Positions 52,664-61,300 of a stretch of 61,300 bases of DNA are shown here, one piece after another (the first letter of the stretch is position 1; each line of letters begins with the position of its first letter). The DNA lies in contig CAYOSP010000001.1 in assembly GCA_964406675.1 (NCBI GenBank), positions 133,440 through 194,739 on the forward strand. Direction: 5' to 3'. Position numbers and translations under genes: made by a program. The notes under the pieces were generated by a model. The model made no database searches, was not told the origin of the DNA, and was given only the letters and a program-made list of their open reading frames with translations. The DNA comes from an uncultured Eubacteriales bacterium (lineage in GTDB: Bacteria; Actinomycetota; Coriobacteriia; Anaerosomatales; JAUVQN01).

Positions 52664-53572
52664 TCAGCCGCGGGCAGCTCCGATCCACGCGCGCGCGACC
52701 TCGGCGAAGCCTTCCGAGGCGGGCGAGTCGGTGACCACCGCGTGGGGCACCTCGGCGAGCCGGCGAGCCACCCGCTCGCTGCGCAGCGCGTTCGCCACCA
52801 GGACGACGAGGCCGACCGCGGGGTGGGTCTCGAGATCGGCGAGCGCGTCGCCCACCAGGACGGCGTGCTCGCGGGGCACGCCGCGGGCGCGCAGGTCGGC
52901 GTCGATGCCCTCGGTCTTGCCGGCGCCCTTCGGCATCACGTGGTACGCGTGTATGGTCGCCGGCGCGCCGTCTCCGCTCTTCCCGAGGCGCACCCCGTGG
53001 TTCGGCGGGTCGACGATGCCGTTGTCGACGATGCGTATCGGCGGATGGAAGCGGTCGAGCACCTCCTGCGCGCGATCGACGTCGACGTGACCGCGCAGCA
53101 GGTGCGTGACCTCGCGGTCGTGGTGGTACGGGGTGTGGTGCTCGAGCGCGCCCTCGAACTCGTCGAAGAGCGCCTCGATGGCGCCGGAGTCCTCGATCAT
53201 GCGGTGCGGCGTGCGGTCGGTCGGGAGGGCGATGCGGTCCCAGACACCGAGCCTGCGCTCGACCCGGCTCCCACGGTCGTATACCGCGACGGTCCCCATC
53301 TCCGCCAGGTAGGAGGTCCAGCCGAGCAGACGCGCGATCTCCCGCAGCTGCGCCCGGGTGCGCGCCGAGACGATCACCGCCTCGCGTCCGGTCTCCGCCA
53401 GCGACACGATCGCGGAGGCGGCCGCGAGCGAGGGAGTGCCGTCGTGGTCGCGCAGGAGCGACCCGCCCCGGCCGAGCAGGGTACCGTCGAGGTCGGTGTA
53501 GAGCACCTCGGCGCGCGCGAGCGTCTCGCGGGCGAGCGAGGAATCGGCGAGTCTGGGCACGGTGTCCGACAT
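52664..53572 (-). CDS. HAD-superfamily (IIB-like) sugar-phosphate phosphatase (302 aa)
   Basis: Motif I is LYTDLDGTLL. The later motifs are VIVSARTR and LVGDALADLE. Confidence 0.75.
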   Translation of the reverse strand: MSDTVPRLADSSLARETLARAEVLYTDLDGTLLGRGGSLLRDHDGTPSLAAASAIVSLAETGREAVIVSARTRAQLREIARLLGWTSYLAEMGTVAVYDRGSRVERRLGVWDRIALPTDRTPHRMIEDSGAIEALFDEFEGALEHHTPYHHDREVTHLLRGHVDVDRAQEVLDRFHPPIRIVDNGIVDPPNHGVRLGKSGDGAPATIHAYHVMPKGAGKTEGIDADLRARGVPREHAVLVGDALADLETHPAVGLVVLVANALRSERVARRLAEVPHAVVTDSPASEGFAEVARAWIGAARG

Positions 53573-53717
53573 GTGCCCGATTATCGCACGGGCGGACGGG
53601 TGCTAGTATCGGCGCTGATCGATGGTGATCGACGCGCGCGTCGGCGCCGAGCGCACCGGTGCGCAGGCGCACGGCACGCGGGTGTACGCGCACGCAGGCG
53701 ACGGACGAGGAGGTCGC

Positions 53718-54734
53718 GTGTCCGAATCCCGTCACGATCCGCTCACGGGCTCGTGGACGCTCATCGCGCCGTCGCGCGACGGGCGACCACACGACTTCGC
53801 GACCGCGGAGACCGGCGGTGAGGACCCGGAGTGCCCGCTGTGTGCCGGGTCCGAGCATCTCACGCCGCCCACGAAGGAGCTCTTCCGCCTGGGTGACGAG
53901 CCCTGGACGGTGCGCGTGGTCGACAACGAGTTCCCCGCGCTGCGGGCGAGCGAGGGGGAGCTCGGCGCCGAGGCGATCGACGCTCCCTGGCCCTACGAGG
54001 CGACCACGGGCTTCGGCGGCCACGAGGTCATCGTGGAGTCCCCGGTGCATGGCGTCGGGATGGCGGACTACGCCCCCGAGCACGTGCGCCTGTTGGTGGA
54101 CGCCTACGTGTCGCGGCTGCGGCATTGGCGCCGTGACGGGAGGGTCATGCAGGCGCTGCTCTTCCGCAACCGGGGTCGCGCCGCCGGCGCGTCGCTCGCG
54201 CACGCGCACACGCAGTTCGTCGCGCTCCCGCGGGCGCCGGAAGCGATCGTCCGTGAGATGGGCAACATGACCGGCCACGCGGCTCGCGGCGAGGGGTGCC
54301 TGCTCTGCGACATGCTCGCCGCCGACGACCGCGAGGATCGCGTGGTCTTCGACGACGGCGTCACCGTGGTGCACTCGCCGTACGCGGCGGCGACCCCGTA
54401 CGCGCTGCGCATCGCGCCCCGTCGGTGCGCGTCCACCTTCGAGGACGCCGCGCCCGACGAGCTGGACAGCCTCGCGAGGGCTCTCTCGGCGGTGGCCCGA
54501 GCGCTCGAGTCCGCGCTCACCGACCCCGCGTACAACCTGTTCATGCACGTGGCGCCCTATCGCATCTCGGATCTGGCGGGCATGGCGTTCCACTGGCACG
54601 CGGACGTGATGCCCCGCACGCACGCGGCGGCGGGTTACGAGCTCGGCAGCGGCTGGTCCATCAACGTGGTCGATCCCGACGAGGCCGCGCGCACTTTGCG
54701 GTCCGCGGTCGATGGGCTAGAGTCCGATACGTGA
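53718..54734 (+). CDS. galT: galactose-1-phosphate uridylyltransferase-type HIT-superfamily nucleotidyltransferase (338 aa)
   Basis: RHDPLTGSWTLIAPSR, zinc motif ECPLCAG, GGHEVIVESPVH, and the active site SLAHAHTQFVALP. GTG 53718 follows GAGGAGG. Confidence 0.8.
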   Translation: MSESRHDPLTGSWTLIAPSRDGRPHDFATAETGGEDPECPLCAGSEHLTPPTKELFRLGDEPWTVRVVDNEFPALRASEGELGAEAIDAPWPYEATTGFGGHEVIVESPVHGVGMADYAPEHVRLLVDAYVSRLRHWRRDGRVMQALLFRNRGRAAGASLAHAHTQFVALPRAPEAIVREMGNMTGHAARGEGCLLCDMLAADDREDRVVFDDGVTVVHSPYAAATPYALRIAPRRCASTFEDAAPDELDSLARALSAVARALESALTDPAYNLFMHVAPYRISDLAGMAFHWHADVMPRTHAAAGYELGSGWSINVVDPDEAARTLRSAVDGLESDT

Positions 54735-54832
54735 TACCCGGCGGCGGCACGGTGCGTACGCGGCGCTTGTGCCGCGACGCCGCGCGTGCACGGCACGTGC
54801 GCCGATGACCCGCCGCTTACTCGATCCGTGAG

Positions 54833-55462
54833 GTGGACCGGTCCATGAGCGCGTTCTCGGACGAGGACCTCGAGGTCCCGTATCCGCACTATCAGTGCCC
54901 CATCTGCGGGGACGAGCTGCCCGTGCCCGAGGCGCGGGTGACCGTCACCTGCGCGCGGCACCACGAAGGGCAGGCCGTCGAGTTCGAGGTGAGGGACGCC
55001 CGGTCCGCCGACAAGTCCGCGATCGAGGAGATCTGCGACCGCGCTTGGGGCGAGACGGAGATCGACGTGTTCGGCCGGACCTTCGACGTGCTGGCGCTCG
55101 ACGACATCGTCGCCGTCTCGGACGGGGAACTCCTCGGGCTGGTGTCGCTCGCCGTGCACGGCGGCGAGCTCGCGATCGTTCTGCTGAGCGTGTATCCGCG
55201 GTACCAGGGGGCCGGCGTGGGCAGGGCGCTCATACAGGCGGCCGACGTTCGCGCACGTGAGAAGGGCCTGCCGTTCATGAAGGCCTCGGCGTCCAACGAC
55301 GACGTGCCTTCGCTGTACTTCTACATGCGGCAGGGGTTCGTGATCTACGACATCGCGATCGGCACCATCGCCGACAGCCTGGGGACCGCTTCCCCCGGTT
55401 TCGCCGGCATCCCGATCCGCGACGAGGTGAGGCTCCGCAAGCCGGTGGACGGCTGCGACTGA
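54833..55462 (+). CDS. GNAT family N-acetyltransferase with N-terminal Cys4-like ribbon (209 aa)
   Basis: CPICG...CARHH at the N-terminus. The acetyl-CoA loop is YQGAGVGRALI. Confidence 0.75.
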   Translation: MDRSMSAFSDEDLEVPYPHYQCPICGDELPVPEARVTVTCARHHEGQAVEFEVRDARSADKSAIEEICDRAWGETEIDVFGRTFDVLALDDIVAVSDGELLGLVSLAVHGGELAIVLLSVYPRYQGAGVGRALIQAADVRAREKGLPFMKASASNDDVPSLYFYMRQGFVIYDIAIGTIADSLGTASPGFAGIPIRDEVRLRKPVDGCD

Positions 55463-55478
55463 GACGGGAGGCTGCGAG

Positions 55479-56537
55479 ATGACCGATCGACGAGTGACCC
55501 TGCTCGTGCTCGCCCTGCTCCTCGCCGTGACGGCGGGCTCGATGCTGTCGGGGTGTGAGCCGGGGGAGACGGAGCTCGACGAGGCCGAAGACACCGCCGA
55601 AGACCGAGACGTCGAGCCGGCGCCGATCACGTTCGGGACGCTGCCCACGGAGGACGCGCTCCCGCTGTGGGTCGCCGAGAGCGAGGGGCTCTTCGAGGAG
55701 GCGGGCCTGGAGGTCGAGATCCAGGTGTTCCAAGCGGCGCAGGAACGAGACGCGGCGATGACCGCGGGTGCGGTGGACTGCTACATGGGGGACATCATCG
55801 CCGCGGCGCTCCTGGAGAACGGGGGCACCCCGGTCTCGATCACCACCGTCATGTTGGGCGCCGAGCCCGACGAGGGCAGATTCGGCATCCTGGCGTCCCC
55901 GGGCTCGTCCTATGCCACCCTCGAGGACCTGGCCGGCGTCCCGATCGGGACCTCGAGCGGGACCATCCAGGAGTACGTGGTCGATTCCCTCATGACCCAG
56001 GCGGGGGTGCCCGCCGCGGACGTCGTGAAGGAGGAGGTCGACAAGGTGCCGGTACGCTTCGAACTGCTGATGAACGGACAGCTGGAGGCTGCCGCGCTGC
56101 CGGAGCCGCTGCTCAGCCTCGGCGAGTTCCAGGGCGCCGTGCTCGTCGCGGACGACACCGGCGACCGCAACGTCTCGCAGACGGTGATGGTGTGCGCCGA
56201 CGAGTACCTCGCGGAGGCCGAGGGGGCCGAGGCGATGGCTCGCTTCCTCGAGGTCTGGGACGAGGCGGCGGCGATCATCGACGAGGATCCGGACGCGTGG
56301 CGCGACACGTTGGTGGAGAAGGCCCGACTCCCGGAGCCCATCAAGGACACGTACTCGATCAGCGAGTATCCGCGGCATCAGCTGCCGGCCCGCGAACAGG
56401 TCGTCGACGTGCTCGCGTGGATGGTGGGCCGCCAGTTGCTCGATGAGGAGCTGACCTACGAGGAGCTCGTGTGGGACGCCGGGTACGAGGGCGCCGCGGG
56501 CGATCCGGCCGAGGCGTCAGAGACCGCGGGAGGGTAG
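55479..56537 (+). CDS. ABC transporter substrate-binding lipoprotein (NMT1/SsuA-TauA-like) (352 aa)
   Basis: A signal peptide with lipobox LSGC is followed by an NMT1/THI5-like periplasmic-binding fold pattern. Confidence 0.8.
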   Translation: MTDRRVTLLVLALLLAVTAGSMLSGCEPGETELDEAEDTAEDRDVEPAPITFGTLPTEDALPLWVAESEGLFEEAGLEVEIQVFQAAQERDAAMTAGAVDCYMGDIIAAALLENGGTPVSITTVMLGAEPDEGRFGILASPGSSYATLEDLAGVPIGTSSGTIQEYVVDSLMTQAGVPAADVVKEEVDKVPVRFELLMNGQLEAAALPEPLLSLGEFQGAVLVADDTGDRNVSQTVMVCADEYLAEAEGAEAMARFLEVWDEAAAIIDEDPDAWRDTLVEKARLPEPIKDTYSISEYPRHQLPAREQVVDVLAWMVGRQLLDEELTYEELVWDAGYEGAAGDPAEASETAGG

Positions 56538-56555
56538 CCCGCGGTCGGGCGGCCC

Positions 56556-57398
56556 ATGACGACGGTCGACGTACGCGGCCTACGGGTCACCTACCGCGGC
56601 GCGGGGCGTGACGTCGACGCGCTCGGCGGGGTCGACCTGCGGGTGGGCGACGGCGAGCCGGTGGCGATCATCGGACCCTCCGGCTGCGGCAAGTCCACGC
56701 TGCTGCTCGCGCTCGCCGGGCTGATCGGAGAGGGCGCGGGAGAGTCCGGCAAGCGGGGAGCCGTCGTGAGCGGCGAGACGCTCGTCGACGGGCGGAGCGT
56801 GTGCGGCCCGCGCCTTCGCACGGCGCTGATCCTCCAGGACTTCGGGCTGCTCCCGTGGAAGACGGTGCGGCACAACGCCGCGCTCGGGCTCGAGGTGCGC
56901 AAGGTCGAGCGCCCCGATAGGGAACGGCGCGCCATGGAGGCGCTCGAGCAGGTGGGCATCGCCGAGTTCGCGGACGCGTATCCCGCGGAGCTGTCGGGTG
57001 GGATGGCCCAGCGGCTCGCGGTGGCCAGGGCGCTCGCGCTCGACGCCGACCTCCTGCTCATGGACGAGCCGCTCTCCGCGCTCGACGCGCTCACCCGTGA
57101 GGGTCTGCAGTTGCTCCTCGTCGACCTCTGGAAGCGGCGAGGATACACGTCGATCCTGGTCACCCACTCGATCGAGGAGGCGGTCTTCCTCGGCCGACGG
57201 ATCGTGGTGATGTCGCCGAGACCCGGCGCCGTGGCCGCGGTCGTGGACAACCCGCACGTCGGCGATCCCGGTTACCGCAACACGGAGGACTTCTACGCCC
57301 ACTGCGCCGAGCTGCGCGCCCTGCTCAAGGCCGAGGGCGCCTTCGTGGAGGAGGGCCGTCCGATGGCGGCCGAGCAGGGTCGGGAGGCCGGCCTGTGA
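56556..57398 (+). CDS. ABC transporter ATP-binding protein (NitT/TauT family) (280 aa)
   Basis: Walker A GPSGCGKST, signature LSGGMAQR, Walker B LLLMDEP. Confidence 0.9.
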   Translation: MTTVDVRGLRVTYRGAGRDVDALGGVDLRVGDGEPVAIIGPSGCGKSTLLLALAGLIGEGAGESGKRGAVVSGETLVDGRSVCGPRLRTALILQDFGLLPWKTVRHNAALGLEVRKVERPDRERRAMEALEQVGIAEFADAYPAELSGGMAQRLAVARALALDADLLLMDEPLSALDALTREGLQLLLVDLWKRRGYTSILVTHSIEEAVFLGRRIVVMSPRPGAVAAVVDNPHVGDPGYRNTEDFYAHCAELRALLKAEGAFVEEGRPMAAEQGREAGL

Positions 57399-58150
57399 GC
57401 GGGCCCGCGCGCAAGGCGGTCGGCTACGTGGGCGCGGTCGGGGCGCTGCTGGTCGGGTGGCAGCTGCTCTCGTGGGCGGTCGGGTCGCCCGCGCTGCCCG
57501 GGCCCGCGGCGGCCCTCGCGGACTTCGCGGACGCTCTCGTCTCCGACCTGCTCCCGCAGTTCGGCATCAGCGCGTATCGCGTGCTCGTCTCGATGGCGAT
57601 CGGACTCGTCCTGGCCGCGCCGCTCGGGCTGCTGCTCGGGCGCTCGCCGCGAGCGGACTCCGTGCTCGCGCCGCTCGTCTTCCTGACCTATCCGGTCCCG
57701 AAGGTGGTGTTCCTCCCGGTGCTGTTCGTCCTGTTGGGGACCGGGGACCTGTCCAAGGTGGCGCTGATCGCGATCATCGTGTTCTTCCAGATACTCGTGA
57801 CGGCCCGCGACGCGTCGCGGGGCATCCCGCGCGAGTCGCTGCTCTCGGTCCGTTCGCTGGGAGCGACGAGGGCGCAGATCTTCCGCCACGTGGTCGTCCC
57901 GGCCTCCCTCCCCGATATCTTCACCGCCCTGCGCATCAGCACCGGGACCGCGGTGGCGGTGCTGTTCATCTCGGAGACGGTGGCGGGCAACACCGGGCTC
58001 GGCTACCACATCATCGACGCGTGGGGCCGCATCGACTACGGGGACATGTTCGCGGGCATCCTCGCGATGGCGATACTCGGCGTGCTCCTCTACGAGCTGC
58101 TCGAGTTCGCCGAGTCGCGGGTCTGCCGATGGACGCGCAGGGGAGCCTGA
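57395..58150 (+). CDS. ABC transporter permease (NitT/TauT family) (251 aa)
   Basis: Six TM helices and the EAA-type loop SLGATRAQIFRHVVVPASLP. It overlaps the ATPase stop by 4 nt. Confidence 0.9.
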   Translation: MSGPARKAVGYVGAVGALLVGWQLLSWAVGSPALPGPAAALADFADALVSDLLPQFGISAYRVLVSMAIGLVLAAPLGLLLGRSPRADSVLAPLVFLTYPVPKVVFLPVLFVLLGTGDLSKVALIAIIVFFQILVTARDASRGIPRESLLSVRSLGATRAQIFRHVVVPASLPDIFTALRISTGTAVAVLFISETVAGNTGLGYHIIDAWGRIDYGDMFAGILAMAILGVLLYELLEFAESRVCRWTRRGA

Positions 58151-58716
58151 TGTCGCGACGCGCGCTCGGTCCGGCGGCTCTGCTCGTCGCCTGCGTGCTG
58201 CTCGCGTCGATCCTCGTCGCGGACTACGTCGAGGCGGGCGGGGAGCTTCCCCAAGAGCACCTCCCGAAGGGGGGCTCGCCGATCGACCACGATCTGAACG
58301 CCTTCCTGGGAAGACGGCAGGACAAGCCGCACTACAACTACCGGACCTCCGCCTGGGTGGTCGCGCTCGCCGCGCCGGACGCCGCGGGCACGGATCATCC
58401 GAGGATCGCGTGGCCCGAGCAGAAGGTCACCACCATGGCCAACTCGGGCCCCGCGGACGGTGAGATCACCGGCGTGCCGCGAGGGATGGCGGATCTCGCC
58501 TCGGGGGACCGTACGTTCGTCGACGCCTCGTACGAGGTCACCGTGACGCCCGCCCAGGTGCGAGCCTGGACCCGCGACGGGCGCGTGTGCGGAAGGCCTT
58601 GGAGCGTCTACGTCGTGCGAGGCGACGAACCCGACGACACGGTGCGCGTCATGCAGGACCGGACCGGCACGAAGGTGTACGTCGTGCCGGAGCATCTGGC
58701 GGAGGGGTCGGACTGA
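58150..58716 (+). CDS. membrane-anchored hypothetical protein (188 aa)
   Basis: The ATG overlaps the permease stop (TGATG). The N-terminal TM anchor is ALGPAALLVACVLLASILVA. No family is recognised. Confidence 0.6.
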   Translation: MSRRALGPAALLVACVLLASILVADYVEAGGELPQEHLPKGGSPIDHDLNAFLGRRQDKPHYNYRTSAWVVALAAPDAAGTDHPRIAWPEQKVTTMANSGPADGEITGVPRGMADLASGDRTFVDASYEVTVTPAQVRAWTRDGRVCGRPWSVYVVRGDEPDDTVRVMQDRTGTKVYVVPEHLAEGSD

Positions 58717-60299
58717 TGTCCGGCGAGCTGCAGACCCTCCTGTGGACCGTGGCCGTCGGGCTCGCCGCGCTCGTTCCGGCGCGGCGGACGCTCGGGACGT
58801 CGCTGTGGCTGCTCCTGGGGTTGCCGACCGGGCTCGTGGCGTGGTCGTTGCCGCCGCTCGTGGACAGCGTCATCCCCGGCCCGCTCTCCTGGGGGGTGGT
58901 GGCGCCGGTGACGCTGGCGTTCATCGGGGCGACCGTCGCGGTCTCGGTGTGGCTCGAGGACGGGCGACGACGCGACGCCGGATCGGAACTGCTCCCCGAG
59001 TCCGAGCGGCCGGGCGCACTCGCGTCGGCGGTCGTGTTCCTGCTCGGGGCGGGACTCGTCGCTCGGCTGTTCGAGCGTATCGGTCTCGTGGTGACCACGC
59101 TCGACGGCTGGGCCGGATACGAGCTCTTCGGGTCGTTCCTCAACGGCTCGGGCTACGTCACCGTCGAGATGATCTCGTGGCGCTCGCTGCTGCTCCCGGC
59201 CTACATCGCGGTGCAGCGCGAGCTGGGCGGCGAGCTCGCCTACGTCGTCTATCCGATGGCGGCGACCACCGTCGCGCTGCTGGTGGGGTACGCGCTCTGG
59301 ACGTCCGGCGGCGAGAAGGGACCGGGTCCGCTCGCGCGGCGAACGATCGCCGGGGCGGTGGTGGTCCTCATGGTGACCGTGCCGCTGTTCCGCATCCACA
59401 CGATCTACATGCACGCGAACATGCTCTCCGGGCTCCTGCTCACCGCGGGACTGGTGGTGCTGCTGCCGGCGGCGTCGAGTCGCCTCCCGGCGGGAGAACG
59501 GCGCGTGCGCCTCCTCGTAGCCGCGCTCATGGGCATCGGGCTCGGCTACGCGCGCACCGACGGGATCGCCTACGCGTTCGTGCTCTTCGCCGTCATCGCG
59601 TTCGCGGTGCTGCTCGGGCGGATGCGCTGGAGTGAGTCGCTCGCGTTCTTCGTGCCCTACGTCGTCGCGTCGTCGGCGCTGCATGTCGTGCTGATCGCGC
59701 GGGAGGGCTGGTACTCGTATCCGGATCGTGTCGGGGCGTCGGGGGCCGCGGCGATCCTCGGGCTCAGCGCGCTCGTCCCGCTCGTCCTGTGGGGCCTCGA
59801 GCGTGCCGCCGAGGCCTACCCCGCCGTCCGCTCGCCGAGGGTCGTCGCGTACGGACTCGCCGCGCTCGGCGTGGCGGCGATCCTGGTGTCCGTGGCGGTG
59901 GCGCCTGACCGATTCGCCGAACTGTGGTCGATACTCTCGAGGAACCTGTTCGAGCGGGGCGGGTGGGGCCGGTACTGGTACTGGGCCATCGGCGTCCTCC
60001 TGCTCGGAGGCGTCGGACTCGCGTCCCGGACCTCACGGGATCGACCGTTGCCCGCGCTGTGGACCGCCGTGTGGGTCTTCCTGGTGGTGAGCGTGCTCAT
60101 CCACGGATGGACGCACCCGGGCCGTATCGGCTGGAGCGACTCGCAGAATCGGGTGCTCATCCAGGTGATGCCGGCGTTCTTCTGGCTGTTCGGTGAGGTC
60201 GCCCTGCTGTCCGTGGCCGGACTGAGGGCGGCGCGCTACGAAGCCGACCCGCGGCGCGATGTGGACTCGCGGCGCGAGGCCGACGTCCGGATCGGGTAG
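58716..60299 (+). CDS. polytopic integral membrane protein of unknown function (at least 12 TM; GT-C-like topology is only a guess) (527 aa)
   Basis: The ATG overlaps the upstream stop (TGATG). Hydrophobic helices are present throughout. No conserved motif is recognised. Confidence 0.65.
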   Translation: MSGELQTLLWTVAVGLAALVPARRTLGTSLWLLLGLPTGLVAWSLPPLVDSVIPGPLSWGVVAPVTLAFIGATVAVSVWLEDGRRRDAGSELLPESERPGALASAVVFLLGAGLVARLFERIGLVVTTLDGWAGYELFGSFLNGSGYVTVEMISWRSLLLPAYIAVQRELGGELAYVVYPMAATTVALLVGYALWTSGGEKGPGPLARRTIAGAVVVLMVTVPLFRIHTIYMHANMLSGLLLTAGLVVLLPAASSRLPAGERRVRLLVAALMGIGLGYARTDGIAYAFVLFAVIAFAVLLGRMRWSESLAFFVPYVVASSALHVVLIAREGWYSYPDRVGASGAAAILGLSALVPLVLWGLERAAEAYPAVRSPRVVAYGLAALGVAAILVSVAVAPDRFAELWSILSRNLFERGGWGRYWYWAIGVLLLGGVGLASRTSRDRPLPALWTAVWVFLVVSVLIHGWTHPGRIGWSDSQNRVLIQVMPAFFWLFGEVALLSVAGLRAARYEADPRRDVDSRREADVRIG

Positions 60300-61222
60300 C
60301 CGTAGCGGCGCAAAAGCGGGGCGGTCCCGGCGGTGACCACGAGGCGGTCGAAGCGCCCGAGTTCATCGCGCCAAGCGTCGTCGCCGCGGATCCGGATCGG
60401 CCCGCGCTCGAACCGACGCGGGTTGCCCATCGCGGTGTGGTTCGCGACGAACTCGACCGCGCCGTCCTCGAGGAACGGCAGCGCGACGTCGTCCGCACCC
60501 GTCCATGCGACGAGGCGACGGACCGACTCCTCGGGAGCGTCCACGAAGTCCTCGTAGCGCAGGCGGATCATGCGCTCGCCGGCCTTGCGTGCGGTGGATT
60601 CGGCTGCCAGGTTGCGGAGCGTCCAGCTCGCCACGGTGTGGAGCGGGCCGAAGCGCGGCATCGCCTCGCCGGTGTCGGGGATGATCTTGAGCCGACGCCA
60701 TGAGTGGGCGACGGCGCGGGAGTCGCGCACGAGCTGTATGCCGAGTGTCCGCCGGCCCGGGAGCCCCTGCACGAGCGACGGCACGGCGGGCCACTTCGAC
60801 GTGTCGACGATGACCCGCGCGCCCGTCGCCCGCGCGATCGCGTCGTAGAGGGCGGTCATCGCGGCGAGGTATCGGGCGAGGTCGTCCTCGCTCGGACCGC
60901 CGGTGAAGACGGTCCTCCAGGAGAGGACGCGCCGCTGGAGCGAGACCATCGACTGTGGCGCGTCCGCGATCCAGGCGGTATCGGGTGACCGCCGCAGGTC
61001 GGCGAACACGTCCGACCACATCGGGCAGGCCTCGAAGCGCTCACCGCAGCTGCAGGTGTTGGTGCCGAGCAGGCCGTGGCTCCAGAGTTTGTCGAGCTCG
61101 CCGGCGTGGAAGAAGCCGGGGACGCTGCCGAGCACGTCGCCGAGCAGCGTGCTCCCGCTGCGGCCCTTGCCCACGACGAAGATGACTGCGCGATCGTGTC
61201 GGGTGTTCGTGTGCTCGGTCAT
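60236..61222 (-). CDS. sulfotransferase family protein (328 aa)
   Basis: A PAPS-binding 5'-PSB-like loop is VVGKGRSGSTLL, and later LVRDSRAVAHS. ATG 61222. The 3' end overlaps the convergent membrane-protein gene by 64 bp. Confidence 0.75.
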   Translation of the reverse strand: MTEHTNTRHDRAVIFVVGKGRSGSTLLGDVLGSVPGFFHAGELDKLWSHGLLGTNTCSCGERFEACPMWSDVFADLRRSPDTAWIADAPQSMVSLQRRVLSWRTVFTGGPSEDDLARYLAAMTALYDAIARATGARVIVDTSKWPAVPSLVQGLPGRRTLGIQLVRDSRAVAHSWRRLKIIPDTGEAMPRFGPLHTVASWTLRNLAAESTARKAGERMIRLRYEDFVDAPEESVRRLVAWTGADDVALPFLEDGAVEFVANHTAMGNPRRFERGPIRIRGDDAWRDELGRFDRLVVTAGTAPLLRRYGYPIRTSASRRESTSRRGSAS

Positions 61223-61300
61223 GCCGGGAAGGTTCGCACAAGTGACGTTCGCGGGGAAGTAGACGTACCCGCGGGCCGTACCGGCGGGCGCGACCATACG

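Noticed and set aside
50263-54623. Long ORFs 50263-52299 (plus), 50318-51787 (minus, alternative frame) and 52605-54623 (minus)
   Set aside because: They overlap mgtE, the M-box, HAD and galT in the wrong frame or strand, and they would run straight through the riboswitch. Their composition is shadow-like.

Overview
This is a 61.3-kb, very high-GC bacterial chromosomal segment. Hand counts of typical 60-nt lines give about 70-73% G+C. Gene content suggests a deep-branching Actinomycetota-like genome, but that is inference only. I can support about 57 protein-coding genes, one tRNA-Ala(UGC), one M-box (Mg2+) riboswitch with its terminator, one candidate ~340-nt structured RNA of unknown class, and several hairpins and tandem repeats. 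I saw no rRNA, CRISPR array, transposase or integrase. Landmarks from left to right: (1) a cytochrome c gene fragment; (2) a 2968-aa cyclic beta-1,2-glucan synthase-like gene; (3) a non-coding locus with a consensus TATAAT and a terminator; (4) a nitroreductase gene; (5) tRNA-Ala followed by a ~1.5-kb low-GC islet with two secreted or membrane proteins of unknown function; (6) a CPA2-Usp antiporter, an EamA transporter and a SlyD-like FKBP; (7) an 11-cistron minus-strand operon described below; (8) a Moco-oxidoreductase/acylphosphatase pair; (9) a CNNM/CorC protein, an amidohydrolase, a methyltransferase and Maf; (10) a HEAT-repeat protein overlapping an HD-GYP phosphodiesterase; (11) UPF0182, holin-X-like and small membrane proteins; (12) a CphA-N-like protein, an aminotransferase and Ddl; (13) a YtxH / PRC-barrel / GNAT / YbaK / NodB-deacetylase block; (14) an M-box-controlled mgtE - NRAMP-related transporter - MTHFS operon; (15) HAD and GalT; (16) a NitT/TauT-type ABC transporter coupled to two unknown membrane proteins, facing a sulfotransferase gene. 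The best candidate for something undescribed is the operon at 17804-28468. It starts with a degenerate GGDEF membrane protein and continues with Mrp genes in Mbh-like order (E-F-G-A'-B-C-D-D-D-A). It therefore has four antiporter-like subunits. The last subunit carries a ~290-aa hydrophilic insert where NuoL and MrpA have their lateral helix, and no redox module is encoded nearby. Most very long ORFs in the six-frame track are high-GC shadow frames and were rejected. Gene starts were re-derived from family N-termini, RBS-like purine runs and 4-nt overlaps, so they are less certain than stops.
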